NCBI RefSeq assembly: GCF_006345805.1
Contig: NC_043008.1
Coordinates: 44,268,001-44,332,000 of the forward strand
DNA from: Octopus sinensis
Lineage: Eukaryota
Length of the DNA: 64,000 bases
Direction of reading: 5' to 3'
The translations under genes and the position numbers were made by a program. The notes below the pieces were generated by a model. It was not told the origin of the DNA, searched no databases, and was given only the letters and a program-made list of their open reading frames with translations. Below are positions 25,801 to 40,410 of the stretch, piece after piece (position 1 is the stretch's first letter; each line of letters begins with the position of its first letter).

Positions 25801-25834
<34 letters not shown>

Positions 25835-26288
25835 ATATATATGCATCCTTCATAAATTATGTATATCGTATGCATAAATATAATATTGCAACTCTAGAGT
25901 TTACAAGTGCTGCAGAAAATATCATTTAAGGGAGCCGAGCTTACCCAGAAAAATTTTACCTCAAAAGAGAAAATATAAACGTAGCACAGTCCGATGACGA
26001 CTTATCTGGCTGAAAAATGATAATGATTGTCAAGAGTAATCTTGTTAATGAATAATAAAATTGCACTTTAGCAAAAGTATCGATCAACCGTCCAGGTTAA
26101 TGTGAAATTTTACTATTATCACATAGAAATATTAACGTACATATATATATATATATATATATATGCATGAATGTGTGCATTTCAGCAAACATGTACGAAG
26201 GAAATTGTATCTTTATTTTAGATCACACCTTAAAAGTTCTATATAAGTATGCATGTATGCATGTATGTATGTATATATGTATGTATGA

Positions 26289-26342
<54 letters not shown>

Positions 26343-26714
26343 ATATATAATATATACAGAGAGAAAGAGAGAGAGAGAGATACACTTAAGTATATATATT
26401 AATACCTAACGGTATACATGCTTTATATGGACAAATGTGCGTTATGTATAAGTATTGACATGTTTGTGTGAGCGCGGTTATGTGTGTACTTGTGTATATA
26501 TGAATATATATATGTATATATAGATTGATAGATAGATAGATAGATATATAGATAGATAGATATACATATGGATGTGTTGTTCCTTATATATATTCATTTG
26601 CATGAGGTGGTGCACATACATGTATCTCCATGTATGTGTGCACATGTGCCTACAAATTTGTATCTATTCTTTGTGTATGTGTATATATGCATGTGTGTGC
26701 ACGTTTGTCCATAC

Positions 26715-26759
<45 letters not shown>

Positions 26760-27205
26760 TATATATCTTTAGATGCACATATCTATATGTGTGTATATAT
26801 ATATTTATATGCACTAAATTAAAAGACTGGTGTTAATATATTAGTATTCCCTCAGCCTTATAAACAACTTACCTAAGTATTTATTTTATCTCCCCATTCA
26901 CATGATTCTCTGTAATTTACTATTAAACCTCTATTTATTTACCTAATTCTATTCACATATTTATCCATTACTCATTGAAACAACCTAAAATACAACGCAT
27001 AAAAACACCTAACTATACATAATTCTACTCCTCTAAAGAGATATTACCTAACATAATGATTTTAATAGTTGCCATTTAATTTGTTAGTCGTAATCGAAAC
27101 AGCTGTAAGCGGCTATGTTGGATTTTAACAGATAATAAACTTTTATTAAATGCCATATCTCCATCTTCTTACATTCTTTTGAATAGTTATATATATATGA
27201 ACATT

Positions 27206-27254
<49 letters not shown>

Positions 27255-27255
27255 T

Positions 27256-27666
27256 CTTTTTTTCTCTTTTACTTGTTTCAGTCATTTGACTGCGGCTATG
27301 CTGGAGCACCGCCTTTAGTCGAGCAAATCGACCCCGGGACTTATTCTTTGTAAGCCCAGTACTTATTCTATCGGTCTCTTTTGCCGAACCGCTAAGTGAC
27401 GGGGACGTAAATACACCAGCATCGGTTGTCAAGCAATGCTAGGGGGACAAACACAGACACGCAAGCACACACACACATACATATATATATATACATATAT
27501 ACGAAAGGCTTCTTTCTGTTTCCGTCTACCAAATCCACTCACAAGGCATTGGTCGGCCCGGGGCTATAGCAGAAGACACTTGCCCAAGATGCCGCGCAGT
27601 GGGACTGAACCCGGAACCATGTGGTTGGTTAGCAAGCTACTTACCACACAGCCACTCCTGCGCCTA
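27256..27666 (-). mobile_element. Full-length composite SINE-like element
   Basis: Reverse complement of the 3870-4301 family, complete from aggcgcaggagtggctgtg to gaaacaagtaaaagag. Confidence 0.85.
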
Positions 27667-27979
27667 TATGGTTGTATGTACATATTTACTTCCATACAAA
27701 AACACGTGCTTATAAATGTACAACTGATATAATGTTCACATTCTATATACATACGTTATCATATATCATATAAGATTATTTAAACGCAACGTTCGTAATT
27801 CTTATACCAATAACATTTTTTATCATTAATTATCTGGTCGGCGATTTTTGTCCATACTGGACTGTCATTATAAAATGAATGGTAAATTGATCATACGGAA
27901 AACTAACAAATATATATTTATTATACCAGAACAATGCTCTCATACTTTTAGTAATATACGTGCATGTATAGATGCCTGT

Positions 27980-28019
<40 letters not shown>

Positions 28020-28129
28020 GCCCACATACACACACGAAGTGCACAGTGTTCTACAGCAATCTGTGTCACACGTATATCTATATGTGCAAGTATAACACCA
28101 TCCTTCATTCTCTTCCACCCTCCAGCCAT

Positions 28130-28137
28130 CTATCTAC

Positions 28138-28186
<49 letters not shown>

Positions 28187-28189
28187 AAT

Positions 28190-28259
<70 letters not shown>

Positions 28260-28309
28260 ATCTACCTATCTACCTATCAATCTATCTATCTATCTATCTT
28301 TCTATCTAC

Positions 28310-28381
<72 letters not shown>
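28130..28381 (+). repeat. (TATC)n microsatellite
   Basis: Direct reading; similar arrays at 33570-33800 and 59985-60045. Confidence 0.95.
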
Positions 28382-28382
<1 letters not shown>

Positions 28383-28449
28383 CATATATAATGATAATGG
28401 ACTGAACTGAACCGTAACTAATCTTCTCATCCTCTGATAACCCACGGAG

Positions 28450-29700
28450 AGTGATTCAACGATTTCCCATTACAGCCGCACGCATTTGCGATGCTTTTCT
28501 CAGTTCTGCTGGTTGCGGGTCTCATAGAACGTTCGTGAGTGTCGACATTTGTACTGATGTCCTGCGATTTGGTGGTGATCACAGCACAGAGACCCTTTGT
28601 GAATTTATTAGTATAATCTGGAGCGATGGTCCACTGCCTAAAGACCGGAAGGATGCAATTATTATTCCTCTCTATAAAAGAAAAGGACCCAGAGTAGAGT
28701 GTGGAAACGTCACAGGTATTGCTCTCCTTTCAGCTGCTTGCAAGTATTTCTCTTACCCGCCTGAATAGGTGTCTTGTAAACGATGACCTATCTGAATCTG
28801 AATGTGATTTCTGATCTGGAAGAGGAATGATTTTCACTGCGAGATAGATGCAGGAGAATTGCTATGGGCAGGATATGGATCTTGTCCACGTATTCATTGA
28901 TTCAACTAAAGCCTTTGATACTGTTAATAGAACTTCCATATGGAATATACTTGGCAAACGTGGATATCCGGATCACTTTATATCAATAATTAAAACATTT
29001 CATGATGGGATGTTGGCGGTGGCATGGCAGGACCCATTCCTGTAGGGAATGGTATCAACCACCGTGACATCCTTACCCGAACTCTCTTTTTTTCTGTACT
29101 TTGCTGCAACTCTCACTTATGTATTTTTTTGTGGATAGCTCCCCTGTGATATATGTTAAGTATCGATCTTCAGGTCGTCTTTAACCAGCATCGATTTGCT
29201 GTCAATCCAAAAGTTTTCCAGTCTGTTATTCCCGATCTCCTTTATATAGATGACTGTGACTTAGTCATTCATACTGTGGATGACATGCAAATACCTGTGA
29301 ACCATATTTCTGCTTCTTGCAATGCATTTGGACGTAGCATTAGCCTGGAAAAGACTGTTGTAATATTCCAGCTTGTATCAGGAAATCCATATGTGGAACT
29401 AGCTATCTTGGTTGAAAGAACAATACTGAAAGTGATAGACAAACCTGTCTACCTGGGCAGCACACTCAGTTGTGCTTGCTCCATGGATGATGAAATATCT
29501 TTCAGGCAGCAGAGAGCAACTGATTATTTCCGGTCGCTTGAGTCTTATGCCTGGTCCCAACATGGCACCACAAAGCGAACAAAAGTTGCTGTGTACCGTG
29601 TATGTGTACTGACATCACTCCTTTACTCCTGTCAGACGAGGACACTTTAGAAACGGCATGCCAAATGTAAAGTGTAAGGTAGTCTTGAGCACACAATCTT
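28450..29700 (+). pseudogene. RTE-clade (BovB-like) LINE reverse transcriptase remnant
   Basis: DAIIIPLYKRKG..CGN..GIALLS; FIDSTKAFDTVNR..LGKRGYPDHF; LLYIDD; YLGSTLS; TKVAVYRVCVLTSLLY. Broken by stops and frameshifts. Confidence 0.88.
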
Positions 29701-29870
29701 CCTGAAGGTCAGTAATGCTTTTCCTCGGTAACGAGTGGAGGGGCATCATCATTATGTATATATGTCTGTCTGTCTGTATGTATGTATGTATGTGTGTGTA
29801 TGTCTGTGTGTGTGTCTGTCTGTCTGTATGTATGTATGTATGTATGTATGTATGTATGTATGTATGTATG

Positions 29871-29901
<31 letters not shown>

Positions 29902-29974
29902 GTATGCATGTATGTATGTTTTATGTATGTTTTCTCATGCATATAATTACATATCTAGATATGCTCATATATAT

Positions 29975-30420
29975 TTAAATGACAAATTTCTGGAAAGTTT
30001 TACAGATTTATACAGTTCCAGTGATGGATTATCTGTTATCTTCGTATCAGCTTTCTCCTTTCTGCTTTTGAGAAGCATACTTTCTCAAGATTGGTATTTA
30101 GGCAGTGTGTAATATACCCCAATGCCTCAATAATTACAGGTATAAACCTGAACTTGTAATCTGGATAGAGTAATTGCAGATTTCTCAATACTTAATTGTA
30201 GGTATTCTCTTTTTCACTGATTTTCAGCTTTATGTTAACATCCGCTGGCCAGCTAATTTCCACAATTGGGCACAGTTTCTCTTCTATATCTCAAATCATT
30301 ATATCAGCTCTTTTGTGCTTACATTTTATTGAGGTCTTCACTGGTATATTTCACCAGTATTCCTTTTTATAATGAGTGGCCATGGCTTCTAACATGTTGT
30401 GAGTTCTTATTTCTTTGTAC
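29975..30420 (-). mobile_element. R4/Dong-like restriction-like endonuclease (RLE) C-terminus remnant
   Basis: Minus strand: KHKRADIMI*DIEEKLCPIVEISWPADVNIKLKISEKENTY..FIPVIIEALG (PD-(D/E)xK-type RLE motif). Confidence 0.78.
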
Positions 30421-30519
30421 CCGGGAGTAGCCTCCCGAAGATATGTATGCATGTATGTATGTATAAATTCACGTATGTATCTAAGCAGGTAGGTCAGTAG
30501 GTAGGTATATATGTATATA

Positions 30520-30632
<113 letters not shown>

Positions 30633-31464
30633 GTATATACGTAAGAGAGCGAGAGCAACAGATAAATAGATAGATAGAGAGAGAGGGCGAGAGTAAGTGC
30701 GAGGGAGAGAGAGAGAGAGAAGGGGAAAAGGAGTCATACCCTCCGTCTTTCGTATTGGCTTGTATTTCTTTTTACCAAAATGTTTTCGCGATACGTAATC
30801 AGTGTATCTATATTTTCAAGTGAAGCGTGGTCGGTGGATCTATATTTTGCTCAATTCTGTTACATCTCTACATCTCTATTAAAATATGAACAGTGGGCAT
30901 CGTTGCTGCTTTGGAATGTTCTTGTTTATTCTGCTTCTGGTCCTTCTTCGTACGACCATTTGTTTCGAATATGTGAGTATTTGCTATTTTTTTTTTTTTT
31001 TTTTTTGTTTCCTCGTATCATTGCATTTGTTCTATGTTCTGGTTACGTTGCATTATGATATCTTTTATTCTGTGTATTGAGTGCAGGGTTATGTCTGCTC
31101 CATGTGTTTGTCTAGCGTCAGCAATCTGACGGAACACAAATGTTTTCATATGAGAAATGAAAGAAATCATTGTGAACAAATTGATAATGTTACTGCAACA
31201 TGTCGTCAGGTCACACGTCTGCTATAGAGATGTAATTGATAGAGTTAAATTCAGTTGAAAATCTCAGTTATTTGAAAATATAAATCCATTGAAAATGTCA
31301 CAGATTTAGTATGACATATAATATTGCTGGGAAAAGAGACAATATGGACTAATGACACCCGGTGAATATGTCGTCTGGCACCATTTGTATAATACTTCCG
31401 AAACATAACGATATTGATTTCAACAGGAGATTTCAGATCAACATTCTTGGAAATAAAGTAAATA

Positions 31465-31812
31465 TATTCAATCGGAGACCCCCTTCGGTCACGACACAGA
31501 CCATGGGATTACACCTAGAAAGTTACCCTCCTAGACACAAGTCCGGGCGAGGTTGTTTATGGAAGACCAGCAGTCGCCCATGCATACCAGCCTCCCCTCT
31601 CCACGCCACCAGTGTTATCCAAGGGAAAGACAAAGGTCGATACAGCTTGGCACCAGTGACGTCGCAACTCATTTCTACAGCTGAGTGAACTGGAGCAACG
31701 TGAAATAAAGTGCCTTGCTCAAGAACACAACACGCAGCCCGGTCCGGGATTCGAGCTCACAACCTCACGATCGTAAGCTCGACGCTCTAACCACTGAGCC
31801 ATGCGCCTTCAC
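31465..31812 (-). mobile_element. tRNA-headed SINE
   Basis: rc head gaaggcgcaTGGCTCAGTGGttagagc..GCTCGAATCCcgg (A and B boxes). A tail fragment recurs at ~56910-56985. Confidence 0.8.
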
Positions 31813-33456
31813 TTTCAATCAACAAATATATATATATATTCAATCAATAAATATATTCGATCAACAAGGTAACCTGGTCATTGAGTTCGCATTGAAAGGG
31901 GCCCAATATTTCAAATTGTACACTTAAGTCCTGAAATGAAATCAGCGTTTCACAGGCTGTGAATTGCAATTTTAGGCGCGGTCCATCCAATCGGATTCTG
32001 CACATTTTTCCACCAACGAAATTTCAGTCATAAAACTTACCTCGATTTTACAATCGAAATCAGGACATTATATTTGCAAACGATTGCAAAATAAACACCT
32101 TAACCATTCAGCTATGTTTGGTCTCCGTCTGTACAGATTTGCATGTGTGTAGGAGTGTCAGCAGTTTCAAATTTGCTTTAATTATTAGTAATTATATTTA
32201 TAGAATAAAGTCGGAATACATTTTCTCACACACCTACAGTTACCCGGCTAATTACATTATATTCCGTTGTATCCGAGAAATCCAGTGTTCGCGAATACAT
32301 CAAAGATATAGACATCTGCTTATGTTTTATAATCTTATATGTCAACTTCCATTATCAGCATTATTCGCATTTATATTCTTATTAACCCAATAAGTTTGAA
32401 ATCTTACGTATCGACAATTTTGAATAATATATGCCCTTAAAACATGGAAAGTTGTATACTGTGTTACTATTAACTTCAACAAATTATTGTAGAGAATTTC
32501 GTATTTTCTTTTTAGTCTTAACGTCAAAATGTATTAGCTTTAATTCGAATAGACTTGTATTGTAATTATCGATGTTCATAAATTCAGAAAAAGCTGTTCG
32601 TAGTCTTATCTTTTTCTGTGGAATTTGATTCACACTGCAAAAGGATAAGCAATACACACACACAAAAAAAAAATGTAGAAATCAAACCATGATGTTGAAT
32701 TTCTCTTTAAAAGAACAAAATCATTGACTTGGCAGTTGCTGAATAATTGAGATCGAAAGCAGGAAGTTTCATCTTCCTCTTGAATAAATATTTACAAAAT
32801 GGAAGCTAGTCATCAGCGCCAATGATATTTATAAGATAAACACAGTGAAAAAAATTTAATCTAAGACATATTGTTCAGGTTCCTTTCATTTAAATAGTTC
32901 TGAGATTTCCATAGAGAGATGCAATGTCGTCATTGAGTTAACACACTCGAAATTAACATTCAAAATCACGCTCTGATAATGCAGGAAGCCACGAATCAGA
33001 ACGTTTACATATCTCTATATGGGCTTAGTTGTTTATCATTTAATCGTCGGTTGTGCGATAAATACGTTACTCAACACACAGGCTATGATGACATAGAATG
33101 GGATATGTTGTGTGCAGGGGAGTATTTCACTTGAATCATTGTTTGATATTTAGAAATTTTTATGGAATTGTTCCTGCAGTTTATTCCTTCTAAAAGAGGC
33201 TTTAATGTTGGTAAAATGGCATATTTAGATATTTAGAGAAAACACTCAAAGAAATACTAGCTACCCTTGTTTGCTTGGGAGTATTCCGTTTTAAGTTATT
33301 GTATATTAAAACGAGGTTTCAAGATTCAACAAAGAACTTATTACTATGCAATATCACAATAACACACACAGAGATATACACACGGCGTGGCGGTGGGGGG
33401 TGAGGAGTAACGTGTAAGCGTGTGTGCATTAATACACACACACACACATGTTGATA

Positions 33457-33502
<46 letters not shown>

Positions 33503-33569
33503 TGCTGGTATACGAAAACATCCAAAGGCATACACTACAACGCACAGATGAATATAACATACTACTTCA

Positions 33570-33659
<90 letters not shown>

Positions 33660-33671
33660 CATATCTGTCTG

Positions 33672-33756
<85 letters not shown>

Positions 33757-35739
33757 TTATCTATCTATCTAGCTAGCTATCTATCCCTCTATATATCTAT
33801 CTATCTATCTGTCAGTCTGTATGTGTGTATATATTTAGACCTACATGTGTTCTTGCTATGTTCAATTCCAATGTATGCAATTGTTCAATTAAATCCCATC
33901 CATGGTAACATACATAACCATGAAATACAGCATCCTTGCAGAAATAAATACATGAATACCTACACCAAGTATATACTCCACAACTAAACTCTTATTGTTG
34001 CGTACCTGTGTGTTGATGTCCATCTCTTTCTTTGTTTCTCTCTCTCTCTCCTCCCCCCCTCTCTCTCTCTCTCTGCATTTCTTTCTCTCTATCTATAGGT
34101 ATGTGTGTTTGCATGTATGTATATATTAGGAATTGTTTGCAGCAATTCTATACTTTATGTTTTGGAAGCAAATAATATCTACTTTTTGAGAAGATAAATT
34201 ATACAAATATTATGCATAAACTATTGCAAAAATATTTGAAACTAATATCACAACACACACACACACTGTTATATTTATGTATGTATGTATGTATGTATGT
34301 ATATCTGTTTGTGCGTATTTATGTTTATACTATATGTATTCGTATATGTATACGTATTTATGTAAATGTGTGTACGTTTGTGTATGCAGATTTCTTTTCC
34401 GTGTAAGATCCTGCGTAGCAAATTGAGTCCATAATCAAATGAAAAGGAAGAATTTTAAAACTGTTTCAATCAATATGGATCTAAACCATGTTACATACAT
34501 CGTTCTTTCAGTATAACTTTTTGCACTAAATCTATTCAAGTTGATTCAATTTCTCTGTCGATTCAAACAGTAATTCGTATGTCAGTCATTCCTTTGACGT
34601 TTCGCTCTCTTAATTAAATCATTTGAATTAAACGAAAACTTACCATTTGTCCCTTATTTATCGCATCAAACAACCAAAGCCCCGCCACCCACCTAAAGCA
34701 ATAACTCTTTATATTTATCCACTATTTTCACGTTTACCATTTACCATTTTGCTATTTTCAGTTTTAAAGAAATTTGTTTATCTCATCTGTCGGTCGTTAT
34801 CCATGTCTCCTTCTTTTATTTGCTCTTTCTCGTAATTATGTTTCTTGTCGCTTTTCTGTACTCTTCGTCATACGATTTCGGAAAGTGCATATTAAAATTT
34901 TATTTCGAAGATGTTAAAAATTTGACTATACCATATAAAATGTCCGAAGTGCTTTGGTCTCTTTTGTAACTAACCTTCATATTCATATGTATATTGACCA
35001 GGAAGCGTATGATTGCTTACCTAAATTTTATAGAATGTAGGTTCTTTTAGTCAAAAATCAATCACTTCACTGCAAATTAGTGTATTATAATCACAATACC
35101 TGAAATAGTTTGATAGAAAACCACTTTCTGAAGGTGAAATCGATCTCAGTATCTGATTGCTGCTTTATTTTACCACTTTCTAAAATATAATATGTACTTT
35201 CTACCTCTGTTGGATTTGAACTCCGGGTGAAAAATGTTGGAACAGATACGGCAGGGCATTTTGTCCGGCGCCCTCGGCATTCTGCAGATCTACATCCTTT
35301 CGCAGTTAATAATAATTTAAAACAAACTATTGTGATTATGAGAGCTCCTATATGGTTCCGCAAACCACCGGGTATGACAGTGAAGTCTCTTGTAGTTTCC
35401 CATAAGATATGATGTGGTTAAACATTGGCGAGATTTATATAATTTCTGTAATTAAAATAGCAACATTTTGTTCGAATTTATCGGATCATAGGCCAACTCT
35501 GTTCAACCTTTCCTAGCATTTGGCAATCACCACATACACACATTTATAGACTTGTACTGCGTTATGGCAATCACAAACTTATAAGGGTCTCACATTTGAC
35601 AATCATAAACTTTTATGATTATTACGAAATTGTATTTACTATTTCAGATGGATCAGTTCGTGGCCGCTTATGTTATTACACATAAGAACAATCGAAATTC
35701 CTGAAAACAACAACAACACTGTATTAGCTTAAATATTGA

Positions 35740-36310
35740 TACTGATACTGTGTGGACTAAGATCCCGTTGACAGGCCGCTGATGTTTATAGAGTGTTAAG
35801 CACTTTCGGTATGCAAATTAGGGAATCCTTCATAGAGTTTTTGTTGAGTATATAGGCACTTTAGTAAATTGTTTTTCTGGAGATTGTCAGAATGATGTTG
35901 ACGCCTCTGATGAGACCCCAATAACTTTCGAAAATCGATTAAGGTTGTTTTTCAGCCTGTAGAGGAATGGTTACAATTTACTCTGTTTATAATTATACCA
36001 TATGTTACATATTTATTATATCATACTTTGATACTGTGTGGGCTAAGATCTCCGTTAATAGTCCCCTGGTATTTATAAAGTGTTAAACACTTTCGGTATG
36101 CAAGTTAGGGACTCCTTCATAGAATAAGTGCTAATGAGTATATAACTAACTTGGCTACTTGCTTTTTTCTTTGGAGACTGTCAGAATGATGTGGAATGAT
36201 GAGAACACAATAAGGTTCGAAAATCGATTAAGGTTGCTCGTTATTTTTTTTTTAGTTTGCAGAGAAATGGCTAAACTTTTCACTGTTTATAATTATACCA
36301 TACGTTATAT
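35740..36310 (+). repeat. Diverged ~288-bp tandem dimer, each monomer with a hammerhead-like motif
   Basis: gatactgtgtgg at 35744 and 36030; cgaaaatcgattaaggttg at 35929 and 36218. Confidence 0.8.
35903..35945 (+). ncRNA. Minimal type-I hammerhead-like motif with palindromic stem III (partly decayed)
   Basis: GCCT-CTGATGA-G..C-GAA-AATCGATT-A-AGGT; stem II is weak in this copy. Confidence 0.55.
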
Positions 36311-37277
36311 GAAGAACAAATTTGATAGTTTACTCCAAGATACAGATGAGATAACCATATACGGAAATCCTTTATCCATAGGCATCACTGCACAGTGTTG
36401 GCCTGTGCTAAATAAAATCCAGAATGCCTCACACAAATCTATGACATGGCTGAATGGTATGTAACATAGAACAATATACACATTGGTGTTCGTCCACTCA
36501 TTCTATATTGGCAGTACAAATTCTGTTAAGAACCTTTGTTAGTTCGGGTCCGACATGATTAAAATGACAGCTCGGTTCGGTAAATAGGAAGACTTTCAGG
36601 AGTTACTTTGCAATTTTCTTTTTGTCCTTCATCACTTATCAAATCATTGGCGCTTCTTTTCTGTCCTGAGTCTTTGGTATTTAGATTCCATATGTTACAG
36701 GGTTAAACGCATCACCTAATCCGTAAATGTCTTAAACGGAGCTCATCTTCTAACATTCTACATGCCTTATCACCAGTTCGTAGATGTCTTCTTACTATTG
36801 TATTACAGATTCCGAAAAAACTGGGAAAGCATAGGGCTAAAATTCGAAGCCTTTTCGTCCCTGATTAAGAGTTGAAAACACCAAGGAATACGTTACCATT
36901 TTAAAATATTATAATTCTATTTTACTCTCATATAAATAATTTCCGGCTAATATATATATCACAACTATCATTTGAAAACTTTGGCTTTAGGAATTTTTTT
37001 CATCAATTATTCATAATTATAATATGATTGAAATTTTGTCAAACAAACAATAGATAACCTCAATTGCTCTGTTAATAACTGAATTTATAATTAATTTTTC
37101 CTAAGTATTAAATAGGCTTCCATCGATATTTTTAGTACGTTTTCAGATGGATGGATTCTCTCAGTAGAACATTTCAGGATAACATTTACTCACTCTCTCA
37201 CTCTGCTGTTCGTCTGATGTCTCACTGTGTCTTTCTGTCTGTATGTCTGTCCTGTCGTCTCTCTCTCTCTCTCTCTC

Positions 37278-37340
<63 letters not shown>

Positions 37341-37392
37341 CATATATGTATATATATATATACATGTATATATATATATATATATACATGTC

Positions 37393-37423
<31 letters not shown>

Positions 37424-37851
37424 GTATGTATAAATGTATGTATGTATGTGTATATGCAGACACATATAAGAGCAAGCATGTCTGTGTCACAAGGATTTTG
37501 CTCCCCAAGGTTACTGGTTCAATCCCACTGTGTTATACCATGGACAATGGACACGTGTTTTCCACTATAGCCCCGGACCTACCAGAGGCTTGTGACTTGA
37601 ATCACAAGCTACTTGGCTCCCGTCAATGAGATGCACCTACGAGAAGTAACTCTGAACGAACATATAAAGTCGTTGCTTTATATATAATTCAGTCAACATG
37701 GTGACTGATTTGCGCTATAAATCGGTCGACCGAGGTAAATAACGAAATGCCAGCGCTAAGCAGTGTGTAAGTATGAGCAGTAATTAGGGACGTTGAGATG
37801 TGTGTCACATACGCTGCTCATACTTACACACTACTTAGCGCTGACATTTCG

Positions 37852-37886
<35 letters not shown>

Positions 37887-37975
37887 TATGTCGATACACA
37901 TACATATATCTGTGTTTATGTCTGCGTTGTCTATATATATATATATTATATATATATTATATATATATATATATA

Positions 37976-38007
<32 letters not shown>

Positions 38008-38032
38008 TATATATATTATATATATATATATG

Positions 38033-38106
<74 letters not shown>

Positions 38107-38559
38107 TTTTCCCTTATTTATTAGTTTCAATCATTGGACTCCGCCCATGCCGAGGCTCTACCAAGAAGATTTTTCAGCCTAACCAATCGACCCCCTTGAC
38201 TTTCTTCAAACCCTGGTATTTACTCTATCGTTCTGTTATGTGAAACTGCTCGACTATCTGGGCTTAAACACGCCAACACCGATTCGCAAGCGATACGGCG
38301 GGCTGCACGTAGTTTCCGTCTACCAAAAGTCATCTACTTTCCTTTGGTCGGTTTACCACGACAGCAGAAATCTTATTTGCCACCTTAAAAGTACAAACTC
38401 AGCTTTATAAGTTTTTATTCCCACCTCCCTTGATGCATTTATTTTCTCGTTTCAATATATATTTCTTACAATTGCTTATATACTTACATATCACTACATT
38501 TACCACACAGAATCTCTCCTAAACAACGTTTTTTATTACGAATGTCGTTTATTAAGCGC

Positions 38560-39060
38560 TACATTTTTTGAACAAAACATCTGCCAGGCAATGCATTTGC
38601 CATATAATATATTTGTCAAGTAACTGTTTTGACTAACCACCCGTTACCTGTGCAATACCTTTGCTTAGCAACGCCTTTATTAATTAACTTTTTTACTTAG
38701 CAAAACACTTGCTACTCAACACTTTAATAAAATAACGCGTTGACAAGTAACAGCTTTGCTGAGCAACACTTTTTGATACTAAACTTTTGCTTATCATATC
38801 TCTCATAAATAATATAGTTGCTTGGTGTGTGTTGTAGTTTCCTATATATAAAAGTAGTTTGCTAAGTAACAGCTTTGCCAAGGAATCATTTTACAAAACA
38901 GCAACTTTGCCATGAGAACCTTTTTTAGACCTAAACAAATATTAAGCAACAACTGTGCTAACAGAGTAATTTGTCAAACACAAAATTGGTTAAACGGACT
39001 GGATGTCTCTTTACCAAGAGACTTCGGTACTAAGCAATATTTCAGTACCCAAATAATTCA
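38560..39060. repeat. Highly degenerate ~20-bp minisatellite
   Basis: Recurring (gct)aag(c/t)aacac/agcttt(g) motifs: cttagcaacgccttt, acaagtaacagctttgc, tgagcaacacttttt, ctaagtaacagctttgc. Confidence 0.5.
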
Positions 39061-39621
39061 ATTCTAGCGTACGTGTGAATGCATTTATTAATATGTCGAT
39101 AGGGATTCGAGGTATTTAATTCGTAATTGTGATGTTCCGGTTCTATTTAAACGTGTGGTATCTAGAGTATGTTACTGTAATTGTAATCATCATATTGCGG
39201 CCCATGACTTCTGATTGAAACTGGAGAGTTATGAAAAGTGTACAATGTCGGAAGCATGGATTGTAATTACAACTGAAGTGAACAGCATTGGTTTTAATAC
39301 TAATATATTCTGAGAAATATATTTAAGGTAGAAGCACCCGAGGAATACTCAGCCGCTGACATGTTATTTTATCGGGGAAAGGATTCGCTTCAGTACAAAA
39401 ATCAATGGTCAGATAATAAATGCTGTTAAGGATAATGGATTATGAAAGAGATCGACGCTCAGCATTATTATTTGCTCCTCTTTATATTCTGGGTTCAGAA
39501 TCTGCCGAGGTCGACTTTATTTTTCATCCTCTCGGGGTCTATAAAATAAGTACCAGTTAAGTGCTGAGGTCCATATAATCGACTAGTCGTATCCTTCAAA
39601 TTCCAGGCACTGTGCTTATAA

Positions 39622-39850
39622 TATTGGGTTGGCAAGGAAGTAGCTTAATTTTTTTTTTCCAAATAGAGTTACGATTGTTTTGAATGACTTTTGTCAGTGT
39701 TATGATTTTAACCTTTCATATTTGATAGCTGTTACTTTTAGCTTACTTTAGAAGCAAATTTTGCTCACAGCTGTTAGTTCAGTGTCAATTTTATCCTTAT
39801 CATGCAGTGCAAAAACGAACATTTTCGTCATATTTAGTTTTTTATTTATT
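39622..39850 (+). mobile_element. Mariner 5' end fragment (TIR plus start of transposase)
   Basis: tattgggttggcaa TIR start (same as 61311) and MQCKNEHFRHI*FF, resembling mariner N-termini. Confidence 0.6.
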
Positions 39851-40009
39851 TATGTCTAAATGTCTATATAGATTATGTATAAACCTAATCTACTTCACTA
39901 GTATCTCAGTAAATATGTAGATATTTATTTTCTTGTTTGGAAACTCTCTTTCCCTCCCTCCCTCCATCTCTCTCTCTCTCTCTTTCTCCCTCTCTCTCTC
40001 TCTCTTTCT

Positions 40010-40048
<39 letters not shown>

Positions 40049-40131
40049 CATTGTCTCCATGTTGGGTAATTCATACACACACATACACACATACTATGAC
40101 ACTATTTTGGCGGTTGGGTAGTCCTAAATTT

Positions 40132-40410
40132 GTGGAGTCACATGGCCTAGTGGTTAGAGTAGCGGACTCGCGGGGTCGAATCTCAGACCGGGTGATGTGT
40201 GTGTTTATGAGCGAAACACCTAAGCCCCACGCGGCTCCTGAAGAAGGTAATGGCGAACTTCTGCTGACGCTTTCGCCACAACTTTCTCTCACTCTTTCCT
40301 CCAGCATCTTGCAGCTCACCTGCGCCGGACCGACGTCCCGTCCAGGTGGGGAACCTATACGGAAAACCGGCCCTATGAGCCAGGCGTAGCTCGAGAAGGA
40401 ACAAATAACA
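40132..40410 (+). mobile_element. tRNA-headed SINE (relative of 50486)
   Basis: tggcctagtggttagagtagcggactcgcg..gtcgaatctcagaccgg; shares cacaactttctctcactctttc with the 50486 copy. Confidence 0.75.

Noticed and set aside
31740-31812. tRNA genes at SINE heads (also 40132, 50486)
   Set aside because: A/B boxes are present but there is no complete cloverleaf, and they continue into SINE bodies.
36480-36900. Possible Penelope ORF N-terminal remnant beside the 288-bp dimer
   Set aside because: Only a faint resemblance (ELTKVLNR) with many stops; not supportable without an HMM search.
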